Source of the DNA: Octopus sinensis
Lineage: Eukaryota
Assembly (NCBI RefSeq): GCF_006345805.1
Contig: NC_043020.1
Span: 186,001-250,000 of the forward strand
DNA: 64,000 bases
Direction of reading: 5' to 3'
The translations under genes were made by a program, and so were the position numbers. The notes below the pieces were generated by a model. It made no database searches and was not told the origin of the DNA. It worked only from the letters and a program-made list of their open reading frames with translations. Of the stretch, positions 38,795 to 55,359 are shown one piece after another (position 1 is the first letter of the stretch; each line of letters begins with the position of its first letter).

Positions 38795-39126
38795 TTTTAC
38801 TTGTTTCAATCATGTGACTGTGGCCATGCTGGAGCACTGCTTTTAGTTGAACAAATCGACCCCAGGACTTATTCTTTGTAAGCCTAGTACTTATTCTATC
38901 GGTCTCTTTTGCCGAACCGCTAAGTTACGGGGAGATAAAAACACACAAACACACACACACACACATATATACGATGGGCTTCTTTCAGCTTCCATCTACC
39001 AAATCCACTCACAAGGCTTTGGTCGGCCCAAGGCTATAGTAGAAGACACTTGCCCAAAGTACCACGCAGTGGGACTGAACCCGGAACCATGTGGTTGGTA
39101 AGCAAGTTACTTACCACACAGCCACT
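38795..39126 (-). mobile_element. SINE family A
   Basis: Reverse complement of the 61096 copy with an internal deletion. Confidence 0.88.
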
Positions 39127-39647
39127 TCAATATTAACACATATAACAAGCCAGTTAGGGTAGACAGTGTAGTCATTCACCTTGACAGAAAACACACTACA
39201 CTTTGATTAGAAATAGACATAGCTGAAGGAAAAAATGGTTTTAAAATAACAACTTGGGGTCACAAATGCATGCTTCAACAACATGAATGCATAAAGTGAG
39301 AGTGATTCTCCATAGTTATATTCAAATGCCAGGAAAGGGGCCAAATCTCCCTCACATCACATTGCAATATGATAGAAATATTTATTTATTTATGTGCCCT
39401 TTTCAAGCCTAGCCAGGCTCATGGGCCCGGTTTCCTGGTTTCTACGGCTGAATGCCCTTCCTAATGCCAACCAATTTACAATTTGTGCTGGGTGTTTTTA
39501 GCATGACACAGCATGAGTGATTCTATGTGACATATAAAAGTTAACTCTTGGTTGAATTAGAACTGAGGACCCAGAAGGAAGGAAGCAATATTTTATACAT
39601 ACATACATACATACATGTACACACACATGCTTTTATATATATATATA

Positions 39648-39878
39648 TAAGGCGAGCTGACAGAATCGTTAGCATGCCGGGCGAAATGCGTTGCCGTATT
39701 TCGTCTGCCGTTATGTTCCGAGTTCAAATTCCGCCGAGGTCGACTTTGCCTTTCATCCTTCCGGGGTCGATAAATTAAGTACCAGTTACACACTGGGGTC
39801 AATGTAATCGACTTAATCCCTTTGTCTGTCCTTGTTTGTCTCATCTGTGTTTAGCCCCTTGTGGGTAGTAAAGAAATA
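39648..39878 (+). mobile_element. Young SINE B inserted in (TA)n
   Basis: TAAGGCGAGCTGACAGAATCGTTAG...GTGGGTAGTAAAGAAATA. Confidence 0.9.
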
Positions 39879-39892
39879 TATATATATATATA

Positions 39893-39967
39893 CAGGGTGT
39901 CCCAAAACGTTTACATCATTTCATCACCTAATTATCTCAAATGATGTCAAAGTTTTGGGACACTCTG
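39893..39967. mobile_element. 75-bp Tc1/mariner-type palindromic MITE
   Basis: TA|CAGGGTGTCCCAAAACGTTTACATCATTT ... AAATGATGTCAAAGTTTTGGGACACTCTG|TA. Confidence 0.8.
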
Positions 39968-41020
39968 TATATATATACTCACACACACATCACCCACTAT
40001 ACATATATATATATATGCGCACACACATATACATATATCTATATCTATCTATGACATATATATATACACACACACACACAGACACACACATCTGTGACTA
40101 TATACACACACACATGCATATATGTATATATATTTGGTTTTAACAATGCATGCTGGTCCAAGTAGTGTGTGTGTGTGTGTATGTATGTGTACACACATAC
40201 ACACACACATGCATACACACACCACACTTGGGCGCAGCATGGTTTGTCAAAACCAAATACAAACCTAAGACATTACAACCAGAACCAAGGAATCTGATTG
40301 GCAACATCCCACTGATCTATTATACAGGACTGAACTCTCCAAAATACTTGAAACATTTATTCCCAATACAATAAAGGTTCAATCCAATATGGCTTCCAGC
40401 TTTTCTTCTCAATTATTACACTACTCTCTAACATAACCCAACAATTATTGCGGTTTCAACAAGGTGAAAAAAAGAGAAAAGAAAAGAAAGGAAACAGGAA
40501 AAAATATATCCCCCTCACACCGTCATAACCACACACAACATCAATAAAGCTTTTGGCTTTATTTCCACTTAAATATACTTCAAATATACCTAGCTAGCAA
40601 TATAAGAAAATGGGTTTTAACAAATGGGTTTTCTTAGCAGATGTTGTTTGTTGCTGGTGGTGTTAGTTTAACATGTTGATAATGATGCTGACTGTAATTG
40701 TTGTTGTTGTTCTGGTCGGTCGTTGTGGTGGTGGTGGTAGTGGTGGTGGTGCGAGCTTTGTAGCTGACTGTTTAAATATTGAGATTAAACTTTTATATCT
40801 TAAAAACTGCAAAAGAAAGAATTATAATAATAATAGATTGAACATCAAAGCTAATAAAGTTTTAAATATTGCAGAGGAATACTAGTTCTTTCTCCGAGGA
40901 TCATGGACTCTGTAGATACAGTTCCTTGCACTTCTGCATAATAAAGGCTTCTTAGTTTGGCACAAGTATATCATCATCATTGTTTCAATGTCTATCATTG
41001 CATCATTAGTATACCATCAT

Positions 41021-41370
41021 CATATAAGGCGGCGAGCTGGCAGAAACGTTAGCACGCCGGGCGAAATGCTTAGTGGTATTTCGTCTGCTGCTACGTTCTG
41101 AGTTCAAATTCCGCCGAGGTCGACTTAATCCATTTGTCTGTCCTTGTTTGTCCCCTCTGTGTTTAGCCCCTTGTGGGTAGTAAAGAAATAGGTATTTTGT
41201 CTGCCGCTACTTTCTGAGTTCAAATTCCACCAAGGTCAACTTTGCCTTTCTTCTTTTCGGGGTCGATTAAATAAGTACCAGTTACGCACTGGGGTCGATA
41301 TACTCGATCCCTTTGTCTGTCCTTGTTTGTCCCTTCTCTGTGTAGCCCCTTGTGGGCAGTAAAGAAATAT
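41021..41370 (+). mobile_element. SINE B dimer
   Basis: Internal junction AAAGAAATA|GGTATTTTG; 12-bp TSD GTATACCATCAT at 41009-41020 and 41371-41382. Confidence 0.88.
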
Positions 41371-41629
41371 GTATACCATCATGATTGTTTCTGTGTCTAT
41401 TTTCCCATGCTTGCATGGGTTAAACAGAGCTTACTGAGGTAGATTTTCTATAGCTGGATGCCTTTCCTTAGCAGCCCATACCTGTTTCCAAGCAAAACAT
41501 TATTTCCCCATGGCCAGATATGTTTTTGTGGAACATTGGAAATGAACAACGTCCATTTACAATTGTCTTGTGATGTCATGTCAGAGAAACTCAAACATTC
41601 ACACACACATACATAAATACATGTGTCTA

Positions 41630-41935
41630 AAGGGTCTGGCTCCACTTGATTCGATCAATGGAAATGCATGAAATCAATAAGCAAGTGGCTGACCACTCCA
41701 CTCCACAGACACATGTACCCTTAGCGCAATTCTCAAGGAGATTCAGTGTTACACAAAATGTGACAAGGCTGGCCTTTTCGAATTACAGGCACAATTTATT
41801 TTTATCAGCTGAGAAGACTGGAGAAATGTGAAATAAAGTTGTGTTGCTCAGGGACACAACACATTGCTAGGAATTGAACTCCAAAACTTTGAGTGTAAGC
41901 TGAATACTCTAACCACTAAGCCACATACCTTCACT
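41630..41935 (-). mobile_element. SINE family G
   Basis: GAAATGTGAAATAAAG..GCTCAGGGACACAAC..GGAATTGAACT..CTAACCACTAAGCCAC. Confidence 0.7.
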
Positions 41936-42342
41936 GAGTGTGTGTGTGTGTGCTTGTGTGTGTGTGTGTGCATGTGTGTGTGTGTGCATGTGTGTGTGTG
42001 CATGTGCGTGCGTGTATGTGTGTATGTATAAAGTCACACACACAAACACAATGGGATTCTTTCAGTTTCCATCTATCACATCCACCCACAAAGCTCTAGT
42101 CAATGTGAGGTTATTGTAGAAGACACTTGCCCAAGGTGCCACACTGTCACACTTTCTGTAGAAATTATGGGATGAAGTGTATCTTAAAGACAGTTCACAG
42201 ACAGGTTGTAGTAAGTAGTGTGTTTGTGAGAAGCAAGGTTGTAATTTTGAAATCTGTGTTTCTGTGATATGTGTGTCTCTTTGTCACTATGGCTTTTTGG
42301 TTTTTTTGATAAATGAGCAACGCAGAGGAAGACGGTGGTAGG

Positions 42343-42388
<46 letters not shown>

Positions 42389-42779
42389 AGACTAGGTTAT
42401 CATTTCCTCATTGCAGGATATTTGTAGATATAATGCAGATTTAGTGTGAACTGTCTATGTAGGCTGCTTGCTGGATGAGGTTTATGCTTAAAATTCACAG
42501 AAGAGTTTAAGAATGGAAGTGTGTGTAGTCAAATGTAATAACAAGCAGGTTATTAGAGTGAAGGAAAAGAGAGAGAGAGAGAGAGAGGATTAAATGCTGT
42601 AAATCCACTGCTAATTCATTTACTTTCAGTGATCTCTTGTCCGTGAAGACTCTATATTTCAAGCAAATTATTAATGGAAGTTGTGATGTTCATTCTGGTC
42701 TTTTCACATTAGTGATGTGATTAAAAAAATAAAATCATGTTACAGACTGCTTGACAGGTGCTTATCTTAACTATACTCA

Positions 42780-44450
<1,671 letters not shown>

Positions 44451-44709
44451 CATTATCATCTAAAAGGTGGAACAGAATCCAAATCCTAAATGTATAGTTC
44501 AAAAGTATGTTGGAATTTACATTATGATCAGGCGTTGTTTATTTGATAAATTAAAGTAGGAAACTAGCATGCAGAAAGTTGAATGTGTGTGTGTTTTATT
44601 GATAAATAAAACTTTAAAGGAAATTGTTATTGGAAGGTTGAGTATTGTGGCCAAACAGAGTAATCTGCTCTTTGCCTCCTGCAATTACCATATCTATCTA
44701 TCTATCTGC

Positions 44710-44770
<61 letters not shown>

Positions 44771-46420
44771 GATCTATCTACCTATATACCTGCCTGCCTG
44801 CATGCATGCATGCATGCATGTATGTATGTATGTATATATATATTCCTTTATTCTCTTACTTGTTTCTGTCATTTGATTGTGGCCTTGCTGGGGCACCACC
44901 TTAAAGGTTTTAGTAATAGAAGACAATTACCCAAAAGATGGCGTAGTGGGACTGAACCCAGAACCATGTGATTAGCAAGCAAACTTCTTCCTACACAGCC
45001 ATAGCTGCATCCTACAAAAAAACACAAAAAAAACAAATACATAAATTCCCCCCCCTCCAAAAAACATTTATCGACCTTAATTAGAAATCATTATTATTAC
45101 TGGATGAATTGATAGGGAGCCAGGCTGTACACCTTGTGTCATTTACTCCCTGAGATCAAATCTCTAGAGTTATCTTTGCCTTTCATTTCTCAGGGATCAA
45201 TAAGTAGCAACCAAATAATGGAATTAAATTCAGTTGGTTAAGCTTTCCTCACCTTCATTAAATATCTGCCTTGTGTTTCAGAAATCATATTAATATCATT
45301 AGTTCTGGACTGAAAGTGTTTAGAGTATTTGGGTTTCTAGTTTTGGTCCTCAACATTCTGTGTTCAAATCTTACCAAGGCTGATTAACTCCCATCTCATA
45401 ATTTATGGTTTCAGTGGCAAAAATTACAGTGGAGGTTGTCAATTGTTTCTATAATACAGACATAATTTCTCAGTTTTTCCCACTGGATTTGTTTCATTAA
45501 GTGTTTTAAGTTCATTGGTAAAGGAATGAATGACACTACTTCCCATTTTCTCATGCACATTTTAAATCCAAAACTGCAGGCTAACTTTTGTTGTGGAACC
45601 CATTACATATTTTTCCAAATGTTACAGAACCTGTACCTATTTTACCAAGGACAACCTCTGTTGCCCTAATTTTGATAAGATGTTAAATACTAAAAATATT
45701 TTGAGAATATTTTGTACAACTGTAACATATAACATTTTTAAAATAGCAAATACTATTTTTTTTTATTAAATAATCTTTATTAAGTTTTAATAAACTTATC
45801 TCCTGAGATTTTTTTTCATGAAACCCATTTTGAGAAATACTGTTATATGAGCATCTGCTTCCATGAATCATCTCAAATAACGAATCAATGTTAAAAATAC
45901 TGAAGAAATTAGTGGCTTTATAATTATAACTACACTAAGTAATTGTATTAATGAGCGTAAATATAGTCAACAAATGATATCATCAATCTCATAAAGAAGT
46001 GTGTATTTTGAAAACTGTCCACATTTTATGCAAAATAATAGATGGTTGGAGAAAAAAAAAAGGTTTAATTATCTTAGCTTTTGAATGAACATTTGTCTTA
46101 TTTTAAAGTAATTTATTTTTGCAATTCTCTAATATTAATTACATTGTTAAAAATCATGTTTTGTGAAAACACAAAGTAAGATGTTTTCTTGATGCTTAAA
46201 TTTTTAGCATTTTTTAAATATCTCTATACAAAAGATTATCGATCAGTTTATTTTCAGTTTTGTATGGTTAAAATATGCTGCTCTTGATAAAAATAAATGT
46301 TTGAACATTTTTCTTTGAATACTGTCTTAAATACGGCTCTTATCGAGCTTTTGCATCAACTTTCCGAATTCATTGCATAAAGCTAATCTATTCGTTCCAT
46401 AGCATTTTAATAGAATCCAT

Positions 46421-46487
<67 letters not shown>

Positions 46488-47616
46488 TACATATATATAT
46501 AGTTCCCCATCACAATAAAACTTATGTAAGTAGTTGCAAGTCTGTTTCTAATGTTGAAACATTTTGAAGTCCATTATACAATTATGTACACTTATGAACT
46601 AAACGGGGCACATCCTGTTGTTTAATTACAGAGTTATTCGCCAAACACTGGTTTTATTGTCAGTTCCATCACTCTCAGACATGTACATTAAAGACACTCC
46701 TTGAAAAGTGTTTTGGTTGTAAGATAACGATATGAAGTTTCTTAAAATTTTAATTTGTCCTATCACTGAAAAACTCAGTAATTATAACAAGGTGTAGCTG
46801 TTAGAAATATTTCTGCACATTTATTTTATTATTTAATTTCCATTAGGCATGGCTTTTGTAGGCACAAGCTCGATGCAAATTAAATTTGATTGCTGGTGAC
46901 TGTGAGGAAGCCTCTGTGTGTGTTTTATGCTTATGCCCTGTAAATTAATCGTTTGAAAAAAAGGGGTCAGTAAAATAAGTAACAAACTTAAAAATAAGTG
47001 TGATATCTTTTATCTTTTACTTGGACAAACACATGTGCATGCACACAAACACACTTATATGATGGGCTTCTCTCATCTGCCAAATCCACTCACAAGGCTT
47101 TGGTGGGCCCAAGGCTATAGAAGACACTTTCCCGATGTGTCTAGCAGTGGGAGTGAACCCAGAACCATGTGGTTGGGAAGCAAACTTATTGCCACACCTG
47201 CTCCTATATGATCGACTAATTCCTTGAAGACAATGTTCCAGTGTGGGTTGTACTCCAATGATTGAAACCAGTATAAAGAACAGAAATAATAGAAGAATGG
47301 TTATTACAAAAATAACATTAAATTAAAAGTGTATGTGTTTTTATTGGCTGCAATGACTTTCCACGTAGTGCAATTATTTTTAGTCCGAGCACACAATCTC
47401 AAAATCAAATCGAATGCCAAACAAATGGAATTCAAGAATTGGTAATTACAAAGTCATCGATATCTGGTTTCAGATAATCACAGTGTGGCACTGCTATCAA
47501 TGTAACGAAGACATAAAATGATTGTTATCTCCGGATATACATGACATCATGAGAAATGCTGATGGCTTCTGCTGGTTAAAATATTCCAACGGTTTCGTGT
47601 GTTATTCTTTGCACAG

Positions 47617-47667
47617 AATTACATAGTGGAATCCAAGGAAAGTAGCAATGGCCTGTGTTGGCAAATA
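47617..47667 (+). CDS. Candidate 51-nt in-frame micro-exon (NYIVESKESSNGLCWQI)
   Basis: Acceptor GTTATTCTTTGCACAG, donor ATA|GTAAGC, only phase 0 open, non-repeat context; no homology recognised. Confidence 0.22.
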
Positions 47668-48242
47668 GTAAGCATAAAAACTTTCTAAATTGGAATAAAT
47701 TATATGGCTTTAAAGAAGTCAAAAGTCTTAAGAGGAAGCCTGCATCCAAGGAAGATAAAATGTTGTGTATGATCATTGACTCCATCATTGTCATCATCAT
47801 CATCTCCATCATCGTGTTTTATGTCTACTTTCCAAACAAGCATGTGTTGCATAAGTTACTATGGTGAGAGACAGCACATTGAAGAGTGCTGCTCCCTTAG
47901 ACTGGTGAAAGGCCCCTGTCTTGCTGGTGTTTCATTTTAGGCTTGGTTTCTATTGGTGTGTGCACTTCCTAGTACCAGCCACTTTATAAAGTGTACCAAT
48001 ATTTTTATCCGTGGCACCAGCATTTGAAGAGTTGTCATGTACTCAAAACTAAATGGTCCTTATAATGTTATACTTTACAGAGTGTATTGAATGCATTTTT
48101 TATGGCACCAGCATTAGAGAGGTAGCCATGTTTTCGATATGACCCAAAGAACCTAACACCACTCTCTGCTTCTTAGGGTCATGAAAATTCAAGGCACGTA
48201 TGCACAAATGAATGCATGCATACACACATAGATTGATATGTA

Positions 48243-48420
48243 GGCACAGGCTTGGCTGTGTGGTTAAGAATGCTTCCCACTAACCATACAGTTGAGTGCA
48301 GTCCTCTGCATGGAACCTTGGGCAAGTGTATTCCACTATAGCCCCAGCACAACCAAAGCAATTATGAGTGGATTTAGTAAATAAAAAACGAAGAAGCCCA
48401 TTTTGTGTGTGTGTGTTTGT
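48243..48420 (+). mobile_element. SINE family A 5' half
   Basis: GGCTGTGTGGTTAAG; CCTTGGGCAAGTG. Confidence 0.75.
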
Positions 48421-49273
48421 GTACCATTTTGTTGACATCATCATGTGATGGTTGTAAACAAGCATAACCATCATACAAGAAATGGTATTCATTTCCAGTC
48501 TGGCCATGAGGAAATATTTCGTTGTTTGTAAGCAGGTGAGGGCTAGCAAGTATGGAAAAGTGAATGTTAAATAGTGATGAGGATAAATGTATACATACAT
48601 AATGTGTTTGTGTGTTGTGTTTGTGTGTTCTTCCTCTCTTCTCCTCATCTTAACACCACCACTAATTATTTTTTTTTTAAATAAATTTGCCAGATTTTGT
48701 TTTATGTGTTGGCTTTTGCTGTTGTCCCCCTGCTAATATCTAGTTTCCCTTATTAAATTACCCCTACTCCTCCTCCTCCTCCTCCTCCTCATATTCTGTC
48801 TGTCTGTCAGTGAATCTGTCTATGTCTGTTGGTCTGTCGGTGCAGCTATCTATCTGTCTGTCTGTCAGTGCATCTATATCTGTCTATCCATCCATACAGT
48901 GCTACCGCATGTAAACATACCGTTTCTCTTCCACAAAGGGTTCTGCCCAAAAACATTAGAACATTTGTTCCTCGCAGCAAAATAATTAATCCACTTCACA
49001 AACTTTTTTATACCTTTTCTTTTTTTATTCTAATCACATTTTCTACATACTTTTTGTATAATTCTTTTTTGTGTTTTTTTTTTTCTTCTGAAGTCTGCCA
49101 CTAAGTGCAAATCTTCCTGTAAATGATGTTATTGCAACTCAATAATTGTCAATTCTTCATGTTCTACATTAACCACACTAATTGAACTCATCAACCTACC
49201 TTTTGATGAAAGAGATCTTCTAAGGGTTTGTCAGCAATGTATGTATATTTGGATATATATATATATATGTATA

Positions 49274-49395
<122 letters not shown>

Positions 49396-50074
49396 AACAG
49401 AGAGACAGAGTTAATTCTACATAGACAAAATGACAAAAACAGCAAATGTTCAAATGTTGGCAGTATTATTGCTTCGAGTAATATTTACCTTCATTATTTA
49501 GCTCAGACAAAATTATTAGGTTGAAGTAAATGAAGAAGGAAGAAAAAAAAAACAAACAAAAAGAAAACAGAAAAAGAATTAACAAAATAAAAACAGAAGC
49601 TATCTATTGTTTGACCTAATGTTTTACTTGTTTACCCCTGTTTTCATTTCTATGCATTGTAAACTTAATATATATCTGGTACATTGTAGGCTGAAATCTG
49701 TTTTTAGTTTGTTTGCTTACAAGAGACTATTGGCTAGAATTTATTTCAATGTTTTGCTGTAATAGCAATTCTTCTAACCCTGTCAGCGGGTGTTGGCAGT
49801 ACTGTGTACTTAAAGTAGCTTGCTTTCTCTGCAAATACAGTCATTTCAGGTTCAATCTCATTGCACACCACTACTTTTCCGCCGGTGTCTTTTCAAGTAT
49901 AGCCTTGGGTTGACCAAAGCTCTCTGAGTGAAGATTTGGGAGATGGAACTTGTCTATGAGAGGCTTATGAGCAGGACCATTCCTATATTTCTTGGATGGT
50001 AGATTCAAACCATTAGCTCAGTTTCACTTCAGCTGTTAGGCTCAAAGTTGCTTTTAGCAGAGTTTATTCTGTTG

Positions 50075-50278
50075 TTGTTGTTGTTAAGCAACAAGATGGG
50101 TAAGGGTGATTAGGTGATGGTCTAGGGCTTAGGGGCGGGAGACCTCAGACCTTCGAAAAAAAAAAAACTTTGGTCATCTTGTTGTAGTCAAGGGCTCTTT
50201 GTTGACGCCCAACACCACTTGAGGTGGCCCTCGAAGTCGCCGGAAATGGAGATCTCCAGGCCCAAATTCTTGACCGGC
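50075..50278 (-). mobile_element. Young 5'-truncated non-LTR retrotransposon 3' end with (CAA)n tail
   Basis: Perfect 17-bp TSD CAGAGTTTATTCTGTTG at 50058-50074 and 50279-50295; GC/CpG-rich insert; (TTG)n abuts the left TSD. Confidence 0.85.
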
Positions 50279-51509
50279 CAGAGTTTATTCTGTTGCAAGC
50301 ATTGGTGGTAGTGGTTAAGGTGGTGGTGATGGTACTGGTGCTCATGGTAAAGGTGGTGGAGGTCACACCTCTGGTCTAAGTATAACTCGGTCTCTTCCTC
50401 ACCTAAGTCTGCAGCAGGTCATCAGGTGCTGTCTTTCCTTGATATGGCTAAACAAACAAAACGGTAATAAAATTATCTTGCCATTTATCTTCTTGTGCTT
50501 TCTCTTGTTTTTGGTGATGCTAAAATAGGATTTGAGAATTCTTTGAAGCACTATTTAATCATTTAAAGAAATGCTCACAGTTTGTTTTGGTTTTTTGCTT
50601 TTTCGTGAATATCATTTGTATGATTTCAGTTTGCTACTGAAGCATCATTTCAACTAATAATAATATTCCATTATATGATTTGTTTTATCTTGAAAAAATA
50701 TTTATTTTTACTTCAGTTTAAAAATTTCTTTTTTAAACTTAATTTTTAATGAGAATATCAAAAATTTAAATTATATAAAAAATAAACAAGCAAAAAAAGC
50801 AAATATTCAAATGAATCATTTTCTATATGAATTGAAATTTTAATTACTCCCACTCCCTGCATCTTAGCAACAATAATGAAAGTCTTATAATATTATTTTG
50901 TTTCGCCTGGAAGCAAAATAAGATATTTATTTAATTCTTTCTCTCTTTATTTTTGTTTTTCTTTTTAGTCATTTTCCTTTTATAATTTCCATTAGTAAGA
51001 ATTATAGTGCAGTTCACATCATAAGTATATAATCTATGAACCAATGTATTTGATGCTTGTTCTATACAGTCTGAGTGTCATGCAATTCAAGAATATAATA
51101 TTAACTAATCAATGAAGATAAAAATTGAATTTAAAAAAAAAAAATTCTTATTATTCCTTTTTTTTTTTTTGTATGACTTGAAATTTTGTATTTTTCTGAA
51201 ACAAAACTCCAGTACTGAGAAATTTTGTCAGTTTTTTTTTTTTTAACGCTTTATTAGCAAGATTTCCTGTTGTCATTACTTTCTGTTCCTAATTAATGTT
51301 AACTAGCTCCACCACCATCAGTACACACTTCCCTTGAAGTACAGTTACTTTCATACAATTTACTTTATAGTAGTCGAGTAATGTTAGGAAGTTCCAACAG
51401 CTTCTTTATTATACCAGAAGCATTTTGAGACTAGATTACTTCATATTTTGCTTGAATCTTCAAATTGTTCATTGCTGGAATCTTCAAACTGTTGATTGAT
51501 TCATTCAAT

Positions 51510-52830
51510 TTTAACATCCGCTTTTCTATGCATGGGTCAGGTGAAACTTATTGAGGCAGATTTTCTACAGTCATATGCCCTTTCTGTTGCAACCCCCTTA
51601 TCTGTTTCCAAGCAAGTGTAATATTGCCCCATGATCAAATATGAAAATGTATATTGAAAATGAATGACAAGAACAATCACAACTATCATATGAGGTCAAG
51701 ACAAGGGGACACAAACATACACACATTTACATGCATACATATAGATATATACATATATTCATATATGATGGGGTTTCTTTTAGTTTCCATCTACCAAATT
51801 CATTAATGAGGCTCTGGTCAACCAATAGTAGAAGACACTTGCCTGAGGTACTATGCCGTGGGACTGAACCCCAGAACCATGTGGTTGGGAAGCAGTCTTC
51901 TTACTCTACAGCCACGCTTTTCATAATTTTAATGTGCTTATATCAGTAAGGATATTTTTAATGTTAAAAGCATTTGCAGGAATTATGCATCACATTTGGG
52001 GTATCAATCTCATTCCTCTGTGTACATTTGCATTTGCGCAGATTTCTCCCATAAATAAATAAATTTAGTACCATTTGGTATGTGAATATAAAGATATTTG
52101 CAATTCAATTTCTGTTGCGGTAAGGTCAGTAAATATAAATCTTCACTAATGTATTAATCATTCACTTTTCAAGTAATTGATTCATCATCATTGTATTAAT
52201 GTCCATTTTTCCATGCTCATCTGGATTGGACAGAATTCATTGAGGCAGATCTCCTATGGCCAGATACCCTTCCTGTCACCAACACTCACCCGTTTTCAAA
52301 TAAGGTAACAGCAGGAGGTATTGTTTCCATGGTTAGATTTGAAATAACGGACACTGCTTGTATGACAGTGAGATTCGTTTACAACAGTTACATAATCATA
52401 AGACAAGGAAACATCAACTCACACACCTAACTCATTCTCATTCTCCTAAATGTGAGTAACCATGGAGCTCCTCTACAACAAAAACCTGCTCTACTCCAAC
52501 CTCGTACCTTAACCTTAACATACAGAAGCACCATCCTTCCTCTCTGGGTTTTTTTGATTTCCAGGCTGCATGGTGACCTCAATAGTGCCAGAGGCATGAA
52601 AAAAGTACCCAGTACACATTCTGGAGTGGTTTGAATTAGGAAAGGCATCAAACCAGTGAAACCCAGCCAAAGCAGGCACTGAAGTACGATGCAGTCCTTG
52701 ACTCTTGAATCCTTGTCAAACCTTCCAACCCATACCAGCATGGATCATAGATGTTAACAGATTTCGTTCACATAGATGTTAAATGGGCTTCTTTCAGTTT
52801 CCATCCACCAAATCTACTCACAAGGCTTAG
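51510..52830. mobile_element. Cluster of old family C-related and family A fragments
   Basis: ATTGAGGCAGAT.T.CTA..G.CA.AT.CCCTT at ~51550 and ~52240; SINE A head (-) 51760-51915; + strand C-like tail 52560-52760. Confidence 0.6.
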
Positions 52831-53492
52831 AAATTCTTACTATTTTCATCATAATCGAAAACCTGCACTTTTCAAGCATCATTTAACTGTTATGTTCCAT
52901 ATTCCAATCGAAGCTAGTTTTCAAGTAAAAGCACTTTTACCAAAGAAATTTTTTTCAATATACGCTATGTTGTTAACACTGTTCTAATTTCTCTTAATTA
53001 ATATCAGAAATAATCATAATCAGTTGGTATAATAAATCAAACAGTTTTTTTTTTTTTTGTAATTTTCTCAAGCTATCATGGGTAAGATTGTTTGCAATTT
53101 TCGAATATTTACATGTTTGAAAAATTGCTTTGACAGCTGGAAGGCTTTGCTGAAATTAATCACTCTTGAAAATAAAATGGTATCTATACTCACTAAAGTA
53201 TATTGCCCGGAAGTTTTCTGATTAAAAATGTATGGAGATATATGTATATGTGAAATTGTAGTGACGTACTATATTTGTTGTTTGTCTCATTTGTAATATA
53301 TGTGCATCTAGAATGCACCTTGACATCATTTCCTCTTGGCGAAATTATTCTCATTTATCAGTATGTGGGGGTTATAAAACAGTATTGTGTGACCTCATAA
53401 GATAGCAAGAATTGTCTTCAGTTCTTAACAAGCAATAGTAATCAGTCCAACAGCAGGAGGTATTGTCACTTTTGCAGTATTTTATTCATAAC

Positions 53493-53527
<35 letters not shown>

Positions 53528-53632
53528 TATACATATAGAAACATCATTATCATCAAATATCCATTTTCTGTGGATGCTTGATAATGATGCACACATACAA
53601 ACCTAAAATAAATTAATAAATAAATATATATA

Positions 53633-53666
<34 letters not shown>

Positions 53667-54714
53667 TCTCATAATAATGACTTATATGACTCTTATTACT
53701 ACCTCAGTCCATCTAAATGTATATATCTGTCGTTACCTTTCATAAAAAAGCCTTCTTTTATTTGCAATGTGCATTTTCGTTGATTTTTCATATTTTACCC
53801 TTACATTTCCACGTGTATTTTATATTTTCTATTTGTAACATATTTCTACTATATATATATATATTTCTTTTTAACCATCTGAAATTTAACAGCAGTGCTT
53901 TTGTTTAAAATTTTGGATTTTCATTAGAAAATGATGAAAAAATCTAGGATTTTGAATTAAAGCTCCAAATTGTGCTTTCCCCATGGAAGCATGGAAAAGT
54001 GGATGTTTGACATTTATGATATATATATATCATCATCATCATCATCTGTCTGTGTTTTATGTTGGCATGGGTTCCATAATTTGACTGGAGCTGGTGAGCA
54101 AGGGGACTACAGTAAGCTCTCTCTCTCTCTCTCTCATATATTTATATCTTTAGTTTTGTAGGATGAAAACAGTGTTGTATTGATATAAGACATAAGTGAG
54201 AGAAAAGAACTACTTCAATGAACTAAGTACACACATACATACATACATTCACACAAGCAACTATACATGCATGCACTGGGTTTTATGTATTTTAAATGAT
54301 TTTTATGCATATCAAGAATAAAAGTGCTGCATTCACAAACAGCTTCTTTCTTCTTCTCTATAATTTTATCATTTTCTATTTTCCTTAAGCCATGTATATT
54401 TATAAATATATAAACCCCTTTGCACTGACGCCTCCAGGTGCCACAATGTATATTTTAGAATATATTCTGTTTTTAATGGATTGGTTGGTTGGTTGGTTGG
54501 TACTAGGAAGGGTTTCGACACTTCATCTATAAACCCTCCAACCAATGAACGTAATGACTGAAATAATATGCAGCTTAGAAAGTATACACATCAATAAAAA
54601 AGGCAAGCAAACAATGATAATAAGAATGTGTGTGTGTGTGTATGTTTGTGTATGTAGAGCAGAGAGAAAGAGAAAAAGATATGGAGGACACAGCAGGAAA
54701 CAATGGAAACTACA

Positions 54715-55081
54715 TCTCTCTCTATATATAAAGCTGAAGTTTTCTGTGTATGGCAGGTTTGGTAGCCTTCAACTAACACTATCTCCTCCGAGACCCTGTG
54801 GCGCAAGTTGACCAAAATTGAGAGTATGATAGAAGAAGGCTTGCTCTTCCTTCTGTAGTAGAAAAAATTCAAATCGGACCAAATTATTTACACAAAAAAG
54901 GTGCTTTTTTTCTATGAAAATCCCTATTTTTTACAATATTTTGACTGCTGTGTTGCCATTTTTCGGTGTATTTCAACCAGAAAAATGTTCATAAGCTACA
55001 AAATTCAAAATTTTTATTTTTCAAAAATTCCAATTCTAAAGGGTCAAAACAAACCCGAGCAACGCTGGGTGATACTACTAG
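54715..55081 (+). mobile_element. Non-autonomous Helitron
   Basis: A|TCTCTCTCTATATATAAA 5' end; ACAAACCCGAGCAACGCTGGGTGATACTACTAG|T 3' end shared with 5287-5793. Confidence 0.85.
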
Positions 55082-55359
55082 TTGTAGATAAACTGAAAGA
55101 TGGTTGAGGTGATTGAGCAGACACAAGCAACCTTCTTGGGAGGTGGGCCCACATTAGATCTGGTTCATCATCAGGTAGGCTGCACTATTAAAAAAGTTCA
55201 AGGTAATTTTTCGTTGGTGTGCCATTCAGAAAATCTCCTGGGCTGCAGTTTGCCTATGAATGTGAAAGTGTATTATAGTTAAGCAATCTAAGGCTCTCTA
55301 GCTCTCATCATGTTGATTTCTGTGAAAAGATTTTAACTGTCATTAATCAGCTTTATTTA

